This document shows positions 19,046 to 27,382 of a stretch of DNA of 61,020 nucleotides, in pieces. The stretch's first letter is position 1; each line of letters starts with the position of its first letter. Both the position numbers and the translations under genes were made by a program. Origin of the DNA: a bacterium (lineage in GTDB: Bacteria; Patescibacteriota; Patescibacteriia; 2-01-FULL-39-33); contig JAKQDP010000054.1 of the NCBI GenBank assembly GCA_029558735.1, positions 1-61,020 on the forward strand. Reading direction: 5' to 3'. Below the pieces are notes generated by a model. The model saw nothing but the letters and a program-made list of their open reading frames with translations. It made no database searches and was not told the origin of the DNA.

Positions 19046-20776
19046 ATGAAAAAACACGAAAACATTTCCCTAGACCTTATCCGCCACTCCACTTCCCACC
19101 TGTTGGCCTGGGCGGTCAAGAAGCTTTTTCCCGAAGCCAAGCTGGCTATCGGCCCGACTATAGAAAACGGCTTTTACTATGACTTTGACCTTGGCGACAA
19201 AACATTTTCTCCGGAAGACCTCAAAACCATTGAGAGCAAGATGAAAGAATTGTTAAAAACCAAAGCCGAATTTTCCCAGACCGAATTAAACATCAAAGAC
19301 GCTCTGGCAAAAACCGAAAACGAGCCATACAAACAAGAGCTGATAAAAGACTTGGAAAAAGAAGGCGAGAAAAAAGTCTCGTTCTATGCTTTCGGCGATT
19401 TTGAAGACCTCTGCCGCGGTCCGCATGTCAAATCCGCCAAAGAGCTCGGCCATTTCAAACTGCTAAAAATCGCCGGCGCTTATTGGCGGGGTGATTCCAA
19501 CAACAAAATGCTCCAACGGATTTACGGCACCGCCTTTGCCACTAAGGAAGAATTGGCGCAATACTTAAATATGTTGGCCGAAGCGGAAAAGCGCGACCAC
19601 AAAAAACTTGGCCGCGAATTGGACCTGTTTTCTTTCCGTGATGAAGGGCCAGGCTTTCCATTTTTTCATAATAAAGGCACCATCATTTGGAACGAGCTGG
19701 TCAGTTTTATGCGCGAGGAGATGAAAAAAAGAAATTATGAAGAAAATAAAACGCCGATTATTTTGAACAAAGCGCTCTGGCTCCAATCCGGACACTGGGA
19801 TCACTATCAAAATAATATGTATTTCACACAGATTGACGAACAAGATTTTGCCGTCAAACCAATGAACTGCCCGGGTAATCTGCTGGTCTACAAAACCCAA
19901 AAACATTCCTACCGCGATCTGCCTATCCGCGCCGGCGAATTCGGCTTGGTCCATCGCCATGAGCTGTCCGGAGTGCTCAACGGCCTCTTTCGCGTCCGTT
20001 CTTTCACTCAAGACGATGCTCATGTTTTTTGTACCGAAGATCAACTGGCAGATGAAATAAAAAACCTGATTGATTTCATCGGCTTTATTTACCGAACATT
20101 TAATTTTACCTATAAAGTAGAATTGAGCACCAAGCCGGAAAAGGCCCTGGGTGATAAAAAAATTTGGGATAAAGCGGAAAAAATTCTGGCCAAAGTTCTT
20201 CAAGATGAAAAAATTGATTTCAAAATAAATCCCGGCGACGGCGCTTTCTACGGGCCGAAGATTGATTTTCACTTGACTGACAGTATCGGCCGGAGCTGGC
20301 AATGCGGCACCATTCAATTGGACTTCTCTATGCCGGAAAAATTTGATTTGGTCTACACCGATGCCGACGGCAAAGAAAAACGACCAGTAATGCTACATCG
20401 CGCCATTTACGGCTCGGTAGAAAGGTTTCTGGGAATGCTGGTTGAGCACTACGCCGGCGCTTTCCCCACTTGGCTGTCGCCAGTACAAGCTATCATCATA
20501 CCGGTATCGGAAAAATTCAACGGTTGGGGCGAAAAGGTCTTGGCTGAATTAAAAGATAATGGCTTGCGGGCCGAACTTAACGCTAGCGACGAGTCGCTGG
20601 GCAAGCGCATCAGAAACGCTGAAAAACAAAAAACGCCGTACATCTTGGTTGTCGGCGAAAAGGAAAAAAAGAATGAGACGGTAGCAGTGCGAAAACGAAG
20701 CGAAGGCGACCTTGGCGCTAAAAAGCTCGACCAGTTCATAGACCAAATTAAACAAGAAATCAAAAACAAAAAATAA
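19046..20776 (+). CDS. thrS: threonine--tRNA ligase (lacks the N-terminal TGS domain)
   Basis: 576 aa. Starts at the editing-domain motif LIRHSTSHLLAWAV (E. coli IIRHSCAHLLGHAI, about residue 70). Has class II catalytic and anticodon-binding domains. Confidence 0.95.
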   Translation: MKKHENISLDLIRHSTSHLLAWAVKKLFPEAKLAIGPTIENGFYYDFDLGDKTFSPEDLKTIESKMKELLKTKAEFSQTELNIKDALAKTENEPYKQELIKDLEKEGEKKVSFYAFGDFEDLCRGPHVKSAKELGHFKLLKIAGAYWRGDSNNKMLQRIYGTAFATKEELAQYLNMLAEAEKRDHKKLGRELDLFSFRDEGPGFPFFHNKGTIIWNELVSFMREEMKKRNYEENKTPIILNKALWLQSGHWDHYQNNMYFTQIDEQDFAVKPMNCPGNLLVYKTQKHSYRDLPIRAGEFGLVHRHELSGVLNGLFRVRSFTQDDAHVFCTEDQLADEIKNLIDFIGFIYRTFNFTYKVELSTKPEKALGDKKIWDKAEKILAKVLQDEKIDFKINPGDGAFYGPKIDFHLTDSIGRSWQCGTIQLDFSMPEKFDLVYTDADGKEKRPVMLHRAIYGSVERFLGMLVEHYAGAFPTWLSPVQAIIIPVSEKFNGWGEKVLAELKDNGLRAELNASDESLGKRIRNAEKQKTPYILVVGEKEKKNETVAVRKRSEGDLGAKKLDQFIDQIKQEIKNKK

Positions 20777-20793
20777 CTCCATTGAATAAAAAA

Positions 20794-20822
20794 ATCCGCT
20801 ATAATAATCTCAGCGGATTTTT
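20794..20822. terminator. bidirectional intrinsic terminator between convergent thrS and the HExxH gene
   Basis: AAAAATCCGCT-ATAATAATCTC-AGCGGATTTTT. Confidence 0.7.
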
Positions 20823-20836
20823 GATTATAATTTTTA

Positions 20837-21358
20837 TTATTTTATTAATATAAAATTCAATTTATCTTCCTTAAATAAATCCAACAAGTTCCTAAAATAA
20901 CCAAAGCTTATCTTGTCTTCAATCATTTTTTTATCATAGCCCCCGGCCCAAGCAATGTCCGCGTCATTTCCGGATTCGCCCAATTTTTTTAAAAATTTTT
21001 TTTGGATTTTCATCGCCGCCGATTCCAGCCGATTCAAGGGCAAAATATATTTCCCTTTCTTAAATTGAGTGGCATGATAAGCCTCATGAATAATCAACGA
21101 AGCCAACCAATTAACATCGTTCTTCAAAATAACCGACTTATTGGCAAACCAAATTTTTTCCGGCATAAAAAACTCATTGGTAAAACCGAAACGGTTGGTC
21201 ACAAAAATAATTTTTAATCTTTCGGGCAACTTCTTATATTCCATTTTATCCACCCTTTTGATTAATTCCACCGCCGCAACCACCAGACGAATAATTTCTT
21301 TATTCGGAGCAATAATAGTCAAAAAATCTTTTTTTTGACGATAAAATTTTTTTCTCAT
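20837..21358 (-). CDS. hypothetical protein with HExxH zinc-metallopeptidase-like motif
   Basis: The track ORF extends to 21430, but that extension overlaps a terminator hairpin. ATG at 21358 (MRKKFYRQKK...) is the likely start. Motif LIIHEAYHATQF. Confidence 0.6.
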   Translation of the reverse strand: MRKKFYRQKKDFLTIIAPNKEIIRLVVAAVELIKRVDKMEYKKLPERLKIIFVTNRFGFTNEFFMPEKIWFANKSVILKNDVNWLASLIIHEAYHATQFKKGKYILPLNRLESAAMKIQKKFLKKLGESGNDADIAWAGGYDKKMIEDKISFGYFRNLLDLFKEDKLNFILIK

Positions 21359-21360
21359 AA

Positions 21361-21405
21361 GGCAAATAAAATAAGGTTGTGTTACTCTTAGTATACAACA
21401 CAACC
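21361..21405 (-). terminator. intrinsic terminator/attenuator hairpin between the Pro-rich ORF and the HExxH gene
   Basis: Minus strand: GGTTGTGTT (21397-21405) pairs with AACACAACC (21375-21383), a perfect 9 bp stem, followed by TTATTTTATTT. Confidence 0.55.
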
Positions 21406-21426
21406 TCGGGGGGAGTAAATCGGCCA

Positions 21427-21528
21427 TCACTTGGGCCGTGGCATCGGCGGCGATGGCGGACGCGGAGTCGGTCTCGGCCGATTAGGACCGCGCGGTCCCG
21501 GCGGATGCGGTCCCGGCTTATCCGGCAT
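21427..21528 (-). CDS. untracked 33-aa proline/arginine-rich peptide
   Basis: AAAGGAGGTG lies 7 nt upstream of ATG (21526-21528). Translation: MPDKPGPHPPGPRGPNRPRPTPRPPSPPMPRPK, TGA at 21427-21429. The ORF is a GC-rich patch in AT-rich surroundings. Confidence 0.5.
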   Translation of the reverse strand: MPDKPGPHPPGPRGPNRPRPTPRPPSPPMPRPK

Positions 21529-21592
21529 TTTCAACACCTCCTTTCACGGACAGATCTATTCGGCTCTATTTTAGTTATCAAGACTAAATATG

Positions 21593-22019
21593 TCAAATAC
21601 CCTTTACAATACTATCAACCGCATCTTCATTTTTCCGATGATTTTGATTATATTCTTCCGGTTTTAATAGATGAGCTATCTCATGTAGGATTACGTGCTT
21701 CCACCAACCGTTATTATTAATATCAGTTATTCTAAGAAAAATAGCCTTCATTGATTTGTCATATCCGCCACCCGAACCAAAAGGAGTTATGATTAATATT
21801 ATAAATATTCGGCTCTTTAACGCCAATTGCTCTTGCTATTTTTTTTGATAAATGCCGGCCATCTTTTTGCCACCAATTGTTTATTTTTGGTATTACTCTC
21901 TGCATCTCATCTTTCCAATCTGACGTAAGATAGTATCTTTTAGCAGCGGATAAATAACTTTCTGCCTTTTTTTTTCGCCGGCAATATTGGCTTAAGTCCC
22001 CAACGCCTAAAATTACCAT
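21593..22019 (-). pseudogene. frameshifted HExxH metallopeptidase-like gene (ImmA/SprT-like)
   Basis: Two overlapping ORFs in different frames, 21759-22019 and 21593-21826. The second carries WWKHVILHEIAHLL. Joining them near the A/T run around 21800 would give one protein of about 140 aa. Alternatively a sequencing error or two separate genes. Confidence 0.4.
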
Positions 22020-22128
22020 TACGATAATTCTTTAACGTCAAAGAAAATTCCCTCTTTATTCCCTCCCAAGAGATAATAATTTTTATTTTAGACATAAAAT
22101 AATACCCAAATAAAAGCATACCAATTAT

Positions 22129-24366
22129 CTAACCGGACTTCACTCTCCTCGCCTTTGACTTATCCGCCATGGGCAGAGAAAAGGAAAACTTGGCGCCCTT
22201 GTTTTTGCCCGGACTTTCCGCCCAAATCCGGCCACCCATGCTCTCCACTAGCAGCCGCGCATAGTATATGCCCAAGCCCGTGCCTTCGGTGTGGACCTGC
22301 ATCATGCCCTTGCCCCGGACGAATTTGTTGAATAGTCTAGGCAAATCATCCGGCTCAATGCCGAGACCTGTATCCTGACAAGCAAAGACGATTGACTGGC
22401 TCTCCTGATGCAGGTTGACCATAATCTCGCCCTCGTTGGTGTATTTGAGAGAATTGTCTATGATATTGGAAACGACTTCCTTGATCTTGCTGACATCACC
22501 GGCCGCTTTGGGCAGGCGCGGCTCCACCTCCATAATTAATTTCAATTTTTTCTCTTTGGCTTTGATTTTAAAATCTTCAATAATCGGCTTGACAATTGCC
22601 GCCATATCCACCGGCTTGATATCCAAATCCTCCCGGCCGGCTTCAATGCGGGAAATATTGAGCAGGCTCTCCACCAGATTGAGCAGGCGCTCGTTGGCCC
22701 AAAAAACCTTTTCCACGCCCTCTTTGACCGGCTTGGAAATTTTGCCGAAACTGCCTTCCAAAATCATGGAAGTATAGCCTTTGACCGCGGTGGACGGCGT
22801 GCGCAACTGATGGGAGGCGATGGACAAAAATTCCGATTTCGCGTCATCCAGTCGCATCAGCTCTTTGTTGGCGGCCGCCAAGTCCTTGGTAGCTTTTCTG
22901 ACTTCATTCTTCAAATGAATATTAAACTTCCTTTGTTCCTCATACAGCCGGGCGTTTTCAATGGCAATCGCCGCCTGGCCGGCAATAATATTTATCACTT
23001 TCAAATCCTGGCCGGTGTACAAATCACCGGATTTTTTCACTCCCAAAACCGCGGCGCCGATAAGCTGTTTCTTGATATACAGTGGCACTACTAGAGCAAT
23101 ATCGTTGCGGTAGAGCAATTCCAAAAGCTCGGGACTCTCGGGAATAAATTCCTTGTTTTCATAACGAGCTTTTATTTCCTCCATCACCAAAGTACCCTTG
23201 ATTTTGCGAAGCTCGTTTTTCAAAATCTTTTCGATATTCTTGAAATTGATCAATTGCGAAGCGACTTGCTCTTCAAAGCCGATTTGACAACCGATTTTAA
23301 GCTTTCCATTCTCAAAAAGGACAATGCTGAATTTTTCCAAATTAAACGCCCGAGACAAAATCGCCGCCAATGCTGCCAATAATTTGTCCAAGTTCAGAAT
23401 GGACAAAATAGTTTCATTTATTTTGTCCAACAATTCGTCGGCATTATATGACTTTTTGTACAAAAAAGAATTAGTCAGCCGCTCAAGAGCCCGATGAAGC
23501 GGATGATAAAAAGCGACTAAGAAAGTTACCACTAAAACACTGGAAATAACATCCGACTTAAGCCCGGCGACATTAGTGAAGGAATAAGCGATAAGAGCGG
23601 AGATAGCCGAAAAAGCGGCTGTCACGATTAAAACCAAAAAGCTGAAAGTAATAGAGCGAACAATAATAAGACGAATGTCCATCAAGCGAAGCTTGAATAT
23701 GGCATAGGCCATGGTAAAAATATGAAGTGGAACCATAAAAACAAAAACAGGATTGATGGGAATATTATAAATCAAAGGTACGACCGAGTTGCCGCCAATG
23801 AAGCCGAAAAAAGATGACATGATAATATATCTTAATTGTGCTTTCAAAATACCTGCTGATTTTTTATAAGCGGTTAATAATTCAAAAAAAGCCCAGATTG
23901 GAATTACTATCTCATTTATAAGATGTAAATTATATAAACCAATTGGCACCTCTACCCATGGGAATACCATCTTTGGCGCCAAATTTGATAGAAAAAAATT
24001 AGTATTGAATAACATGTCACATAAATTCAGAGAAAATATAAATAGAGAATTTATATAAAAAAATAGTAATGGATTTTTTCTATCTTTATCTTTTTTTGTA
24101 AATATTAAAACCGTATGTAGGAAAAAAAGATGTACTAAAATAGAACCAATATGCAAAAAACGACCCCAAAATAGGGCACTATCAAAACTATCAGCAAATA
24201 AAAGAGCATATCTCCCAACTGACCAAAACACCAACGATATGTTTGTAAGTGCATATAATAAATTAAATCTTTTCTTTACCCCCTTAGAAAATATAAAAAT
24301 CGCGATAAAGGTGCCGCCGACAGCAGTCAATAAATAAGATGTTTTATATAATAAAAGCAAGTCCAT
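22129..24366 (-). CDS. sensor histidine kinase, multi-TM N-terminus plus GAF-like region plus HisKA/HATPase
   Basis: 745 aa. About 7-8 hydrophobic helices in the first 290 aa. H-box FLSIASHQLRTP. ATPase boxes NIIDNSLKYT, DTGLGI, GTGLGIYYA. Confidence 0.9.
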   Translation of the reverse strand: MDLLLLYKTSYLLTAVGGTFIAIFIFSKGVKKRFNLLYALTNISLVFWSVGRYALLFADSFDSALFWGRFLHIGSILVHLFFLHTVLIFTKKDKDRKNPLLFFYINSLFIFSLNLCDMLFNTNFFLSNLAPKMVFPWVEVPIGLYNLHLINEIVIPIWAFFELLTAYKKSAGILKAQLRYIIMSSFFGFIGGNSVVPLIYNIPINPVFVFMVPLHIFTMAYAIFKLRLMDIRLIIVRSITFSFLVLIVTAAFSAISALIAYSFTNVAGLKSDVISSVLVVTFLVAFYHPLHRALERLTNSFLYKKSYNADELLDKINETILSILNLDKLLAALAAILSRAFNLEKFSIVLFENGKLKIGCQIGFEEQVASQLINFKNIEKILKNELRKIKGTLVMEEIKARYENKEFIPESPELLELLYRNDIALVVPLYIKKQLIGAAVLGVKKSGDLYTGQDLKVINIIAGQAAIAIENARLYEEQRKFNIHLKNEVRKATKDLAAANKELMRLDDAKSEFLSIASHQLRTPSTAVKGYTSMILEGSFGKISKPVKEGVEKVFWANERLLNLVESLLNISRIEAGREDLDIKPVDMAAIVKPIIEDFKIKAKEKKLKLIMEVEPRLPKAAGDVSKIKEVVSNIIDNSLKYTNEGEIMVNLHQESQSIVFACQDTGLGIEPDDLPRLFNKFVRGKGMMQVHTEGTGLGIYYARLLVESMGGRIWAESPGKNKGAKFSFSLPMADKSKARRVKSG

Positions 24367-24368
24367 AT

Positions 24369-25019
24369 TTAGAGTTTTTTAATTAAACGATATTGGCCAT
24401 GCAAACCATGCTTGTCTTCTGTTTTGGGATTTCTTATCTCTTTAAAAATTTTAAAACCGTATTTTTCATAAAACTTTATGGCTAATTTATTATTGATCGA
24501 AACATCTAAAAAACAATTATTATAATTTTTTAATTTTGCTTTTTTAAAAGCGTTTTCTAGCAACATACCCCCGATTCCTTTGCCTTGCATTTCTGGCATG
24601 ACAGCCAAATTGGCTATGTAGTAAGAATCCGGCTGTAGTTTCTTAATGAATTTATCTATTTGATAATTTCTATAAATCATTTTTGCAACTTGTATAGGGT
24701 TATGTCGCTTGATTATATAGGCATCGTTAAAAAATTGATGCACCTTTTTATCCTTTAGGGCATATCCAACTTCTAAGCCAACAATTTTACCATCAAACTC
24801 TGCCACCTCTGCAAATTTATGGGAAAAAATACCTTTGTTTTTTTCAAATAATATTTTTAATAACTGAAAAATTTTCTCTTGTTCATAGGAAAAGAGATAG
24901 TCAAAAAAATAATCACCAGTAGAATAAATCAGCTTATTCGCCGGATCAGAATGACTCGGCGAAGCAGGTTTGATAATAATCTCCTGACCCATAGAATTAT
25001 AGAATAAATAGTAATTCAA
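24369..25019 (-). CDS. GNAT family N-acetyltransferase
   Basis: 216 aa. Acetyl-CoA motif MPEMQGKGIGGMLLENAFKKAK. The track start is TTG, so ATG at 24992 is an alternative. The stop abuts the HK start. Confidence 0.8.
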   Translation of the reverse strand: MNYYLFYNSMGQEIIIKPASPSHSDPANKLIYSTGDYFFDYLFSYEQEKIFQLLKILFEKNKGIFSHKFAEVAEFDGKIVGLEVGYALKDKKVHQFFNDAYIIKRHNPIQVAKMIYRNYQIDKFIKKLQPDSYYIANLAVMPEMQGKGIGGMLLENAFKKAKLKNYNNCFLDVSINNKLAIKFYEKYGFKIFKEIRNPKTEDKHGLHGQYRLIKKL

Positions 25020-25177
25020 CTTGTTTTTAACTTATTTATATTATACCATAAAAACAAGAATACAAATAAATATAACAAAAAGATACCTCCCGCCACCGAG
25101 CTTGCTTTGGGATAATTCCTTTATAATTTAGTTGAGCAATTTCAAAAATTCTTTAATGTTAAAAAACCACAAAATAC

Positions 25178-25206
25178 TTGACTTGATATTTGAAATATAT
25201 TAATAT
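25178..25206 (+). promoter_or_regulatory. sigma70-like promoter of the radical SAM locus
   Basis: TTGACT (25178-25183), 17 nt, TAATAT (25201-25206). Confidence 0.5.
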
Positions 25207-25255
25207 CTGCTATGAAACTGGTACTTTTTAAACAAAGAAAGGCAGGGATGATATC

Positions 25256-26656
25256 ATGTCTCTTTGCATGGATAAAATCTACAAAAAAACTCGTTTCCTC
25301 CAAACTGTTCGCGAAGACAATCTCGTGGCCATTTGGCACTCTCTTTTTGGCAACCCAAAAACTGTATCGCCTGAGACCATGGACTTCATTGAAAAATTTT
25401 CAATACCCAAAACATTGCGCTCGGTTGTTGGAGACTCAATAAATGCAGAAACAATAAATGTGTTAAATGAGCTGGTTGATTGCTATTTTCTCACTCTGGA
25501 AGACTTTGACGACAGGACTTTACTGAAAGACAAGATAAAACAGCGTGAAGAAAAAATTATCAACGGTTCACTAATAGATTACCTAGAATTGATTATGAGC
25601 GAAACTTGCAACTTCGCTTGTGATTACTGCATTCACTTCAAAAACCTTGGAGGATCTGACCGCATGAATAGCCACCAAAAATTCATGCGACTTAAAATAG
25701 CCAAACAGGCGATCGACTGGTATCTGGCCATACTTCGTCAAAATGGAAAACAAAAGGCTACGATTAATTTCGGCGGTGGCGAACCTCTATTAGTTTGGGA
25801 TACTATCCTACAGGTTATTAAATATTGCGATGAAACATACGGCAATGAATTTGAATTCAGCTTTTCGATCAACACAAATGCTTCTCTCATAACCCAACAA
25901 ATTGCAATGGTGTTAAAGAAGTATCGTGTAAATGTTGCCTCAAGTCTGGATGGGTTGCGTGAAGGAAACGACAAAGTCAGATTAACTAAATCCGGTGGTG
26001 GCACATTTTCTCAGGTGATCCGTGGATTTGAGACCTTGGCATTAGTGGGCCATCCGATTGACGGGATTGCAGTTACCGTAACCGAGAAAAATTTTTATGA
26101 TATCGATGAATCGATTATCGATTGGGCAATTGATCACGATATGACAAATGTAAGAATCGATATTGATGTAATCGGCTTGGTGGATATACCAATCGATCTC
26201 ATCGTGAGAAAACTAATAAGAATCCGCAGATATGCAGCATCCCGAAAAATTGATGTACCAGGTTTTTGGTCCCGCCCAGCCGAAAATCTCGGTCTATCAA
26301 CTCTTAATGAGCCCGTCGCATTTTGTGGCGGAATTCGAGGAAACAGTGTATGTGTAAATCCATCTGGCAATATTTATGCGTGCGGTTATAGCGCCAATAA
26401 GCTCGGAAATATATCAGATGGTAGATTATTTTACGCCCCTGGCAGTTTTTATCATTCTTTGATTAGACAGCATCTAACTGGTATGACAAAAATGTGTCAA
26501 GGGTGTATGATTGAGGGGCAATGTGGCGGAGGCTGCATGATCACACATGAGTTTTCTTTAAAGGCTGAGAATGCTAAAATTGAACGCATGTGCGACTTCT
26601 ATATTCGCATGACTGAGGAGATAATCCGAGATCAATTGCGAAGTGCAGCAGTCTGA
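25256..26656 (+). CDS. radical SAM/SPASM-domain peptide-modifying enzyme (putative RiPP maturase)
   Basis: 466 aa. CxxxCxxC cluster CNFACDYC about 110 aa from the N-terminus. C-terminal SPASM signature read directly: C..GNIYAC (G-x4-C), then CQGCMIEGQCGGGC (C-x2-C-x5-C-x3-C). Confidence 0.9.
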   Translation: MSLCMDKIYKKTRFLQTVREDNLVAIWHSLFGNPKTVSPETMDFIEKFSIPKTLRSVVGDSINAETINVLNELVDCYFLTLEDFDDRTLLKDKIKQREEKIINGSLIDYLELIMSETCNFACDYCIHFKNLGGSDRMNSHQKFMRLKIAKQAIDWYLAILRQNGKQKATINFGGGEPLLVWDTILQVIKYCDETYGNEFEFSFSINTNASLITQQIAMVLKKYRVNVASSLDGLREGNDKVRLTKSGGGTFSQVIRGFETLALVGHPIDGIAVTVTEKNFYDIDESIIDWAIDHDMTNVRIDIDVIGLVDIPIDLIVRKLIRIRRYAASRKIDVPGFWSRPAENLGLSTLNEPVAFCGGIRGNSVCVNPSGNIYACGYSANKLGNISDGRLFYAPGSFYHSLIRQHLTGMTKMCQGCMIEGQCGGGCMITHEFSLKAENAKIERMCDFYIRMTEEIIRDQLRSAAV

Positions 26657-26696
26657 TTTTCATTCTCAATTTGCACTGGAGAGGAGGTGATGCCAA

Positions 26697-26801
26697 ATGC
26701 GCGATCAGACAAGCAGTCAGCGATTGACGGGCCTGAGCATTAAGGCACTGACGATGCCCAAGTCTCTTGCGACCTGCAAGGCACCAAGCAACTGCCATTA
26801 A
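26697..26801 (+). CDS. untracked 34-aa candidate precursor peptide
   Basis: GGAGG (26683-26687) lies 9 nt before ATG 26697. Translation: MRDQTSSQRLTGLSIKALTMPKSLATCKAPSNCH, TAA at 26799-26801. It starts 41 nt after the rSAM stop and is followed by a terminator. Confidence 0.5.
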   Translation: MRDQTSSQRLTGLSIKALTMPKSLATCKAPSNCH

Positions 26802-26815
26802 TGCAAGCAAGCATC

Positions 26816-26855
26816 GGAGGCTGGAAAAAAGAATTTTCAGCCTCCCTTTTATTTT
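26816..26855 (+). terminator. intrinsic terminator after the small peptide ORF
   Basis: GGAGGCTG (26816-26823) pairs with CAGCCTCC (26838-26845), then CTTTTATTTT. Confidence 0.75.
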
Positions 26856-26881
26856 CTAAAACATTAATATAGAATAAAAGT

Positions 26882-27364
26882 ATGACTGGGATTTTATTAA
26901 GAAAAATCAGCACTAAAGACAAAAAGTATTTTGCCAAATGGTGGCGGGACGCAGATTTAATCAAGTTAACAAGCGGTTGCCTTGATCCTATCTCAGATAA
27001 AGACGTCGATAAATACTTTTCATCAATGATTGACAGCAAGGTTGATCATCATTTTATGATTATTATTGATAAAAAAGTAATTGGCCATATAGTTCTCAGC
27101 CAAAGAAAAAATGGCTGGTATGAAACCCAGATTATAATTGGCGACAAGAATTGTTGGGGTAGGGGCTATGGCACGGAGGCAATTAAAAAACTGCTTCGTA
27201 AAGCGAAAAACATGGGTATTTCAAAAGTATATCTTGAAGTCAGGCCAACCAATGTCAGGGCAATTACCGCTTATAAAAAGAGTGGATTTTTAGAGAAAGG
27301 CATTATTAAATACCCAGACAACCCCTACTTGCCAGAAACACTTAGAATGGAGATAAATCAATGA
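26882..27364 (+). CDS. GNAT family N-acetyltransferase (RimJ/RimL-like)
   Basis: 160 aa. WGRGYGTEAIKKLLRKAK acetyl-CoA-binding motif and YKKSGF tail. Confidence 0.85.
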   Translation: MTGILLRKISTKDKKYFAKWWRDADLIKLTSGCLDPISDKDVDKYFSSMIDSKVDHHFMIIIDKKVIGHIVLSQRKNGWYETQIIIGDKNCWGRGYGTEAIKKLLRKAKNMGISKVYLEVRPTNVRAITAYKKSGFLEKGIIKYPDNPYLPETLRMEINQ

Positions 27365-27382
27365 TTTTTGTATAGTCGCTTC

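Noticed and set aside
19565-20317. 250-aa minus-strand ORF.
   Set aside because: It lies entirely antisense within thrS. The same reasoning applies to 41246-41986 (246 aa, within ftsH), 35421-36122 (233 aa, within the dehydrogenase gene) and 15258-15812 (within ileS and its leader).
21379-21720. 113-aa Arg/Ser-rich plus-strand ORF.
   Set aside because: It is the antisense translation of the GC-rich Pro-rich mini-ORF and of the HExxH gene fragment. It has no SD, whereas the minus-strand mini-ORF has a perfect one.
25212-25442. 76-aa ORF overlapping the start of the radical SAM gene.
   Set aside because: It is out of frame with the conserved rSAM N-terminus and would start 5 nt after the -10 element. 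I considered it as a possible precursor peptide, but its sequence looks like a frame artefact.
26690-26743. Alternative 17-aa ORF MPNARSDKQSAIDGPEH starting at ATG 26690.
   Set aside because: Only 2 nt separate GGAGG from this ATG, which is too short. The ATG at 26697 has proper spacing and gives the Cys-containing peptide.
26574-27039. Minus-strand ORFs of 78 and 99 aa across the rSAM-GNAT intergenic region.
   Set aside because: They are antisense to the SD-preceded 34-aa ORF and to its terminator. There are no start signals on the minus strand.
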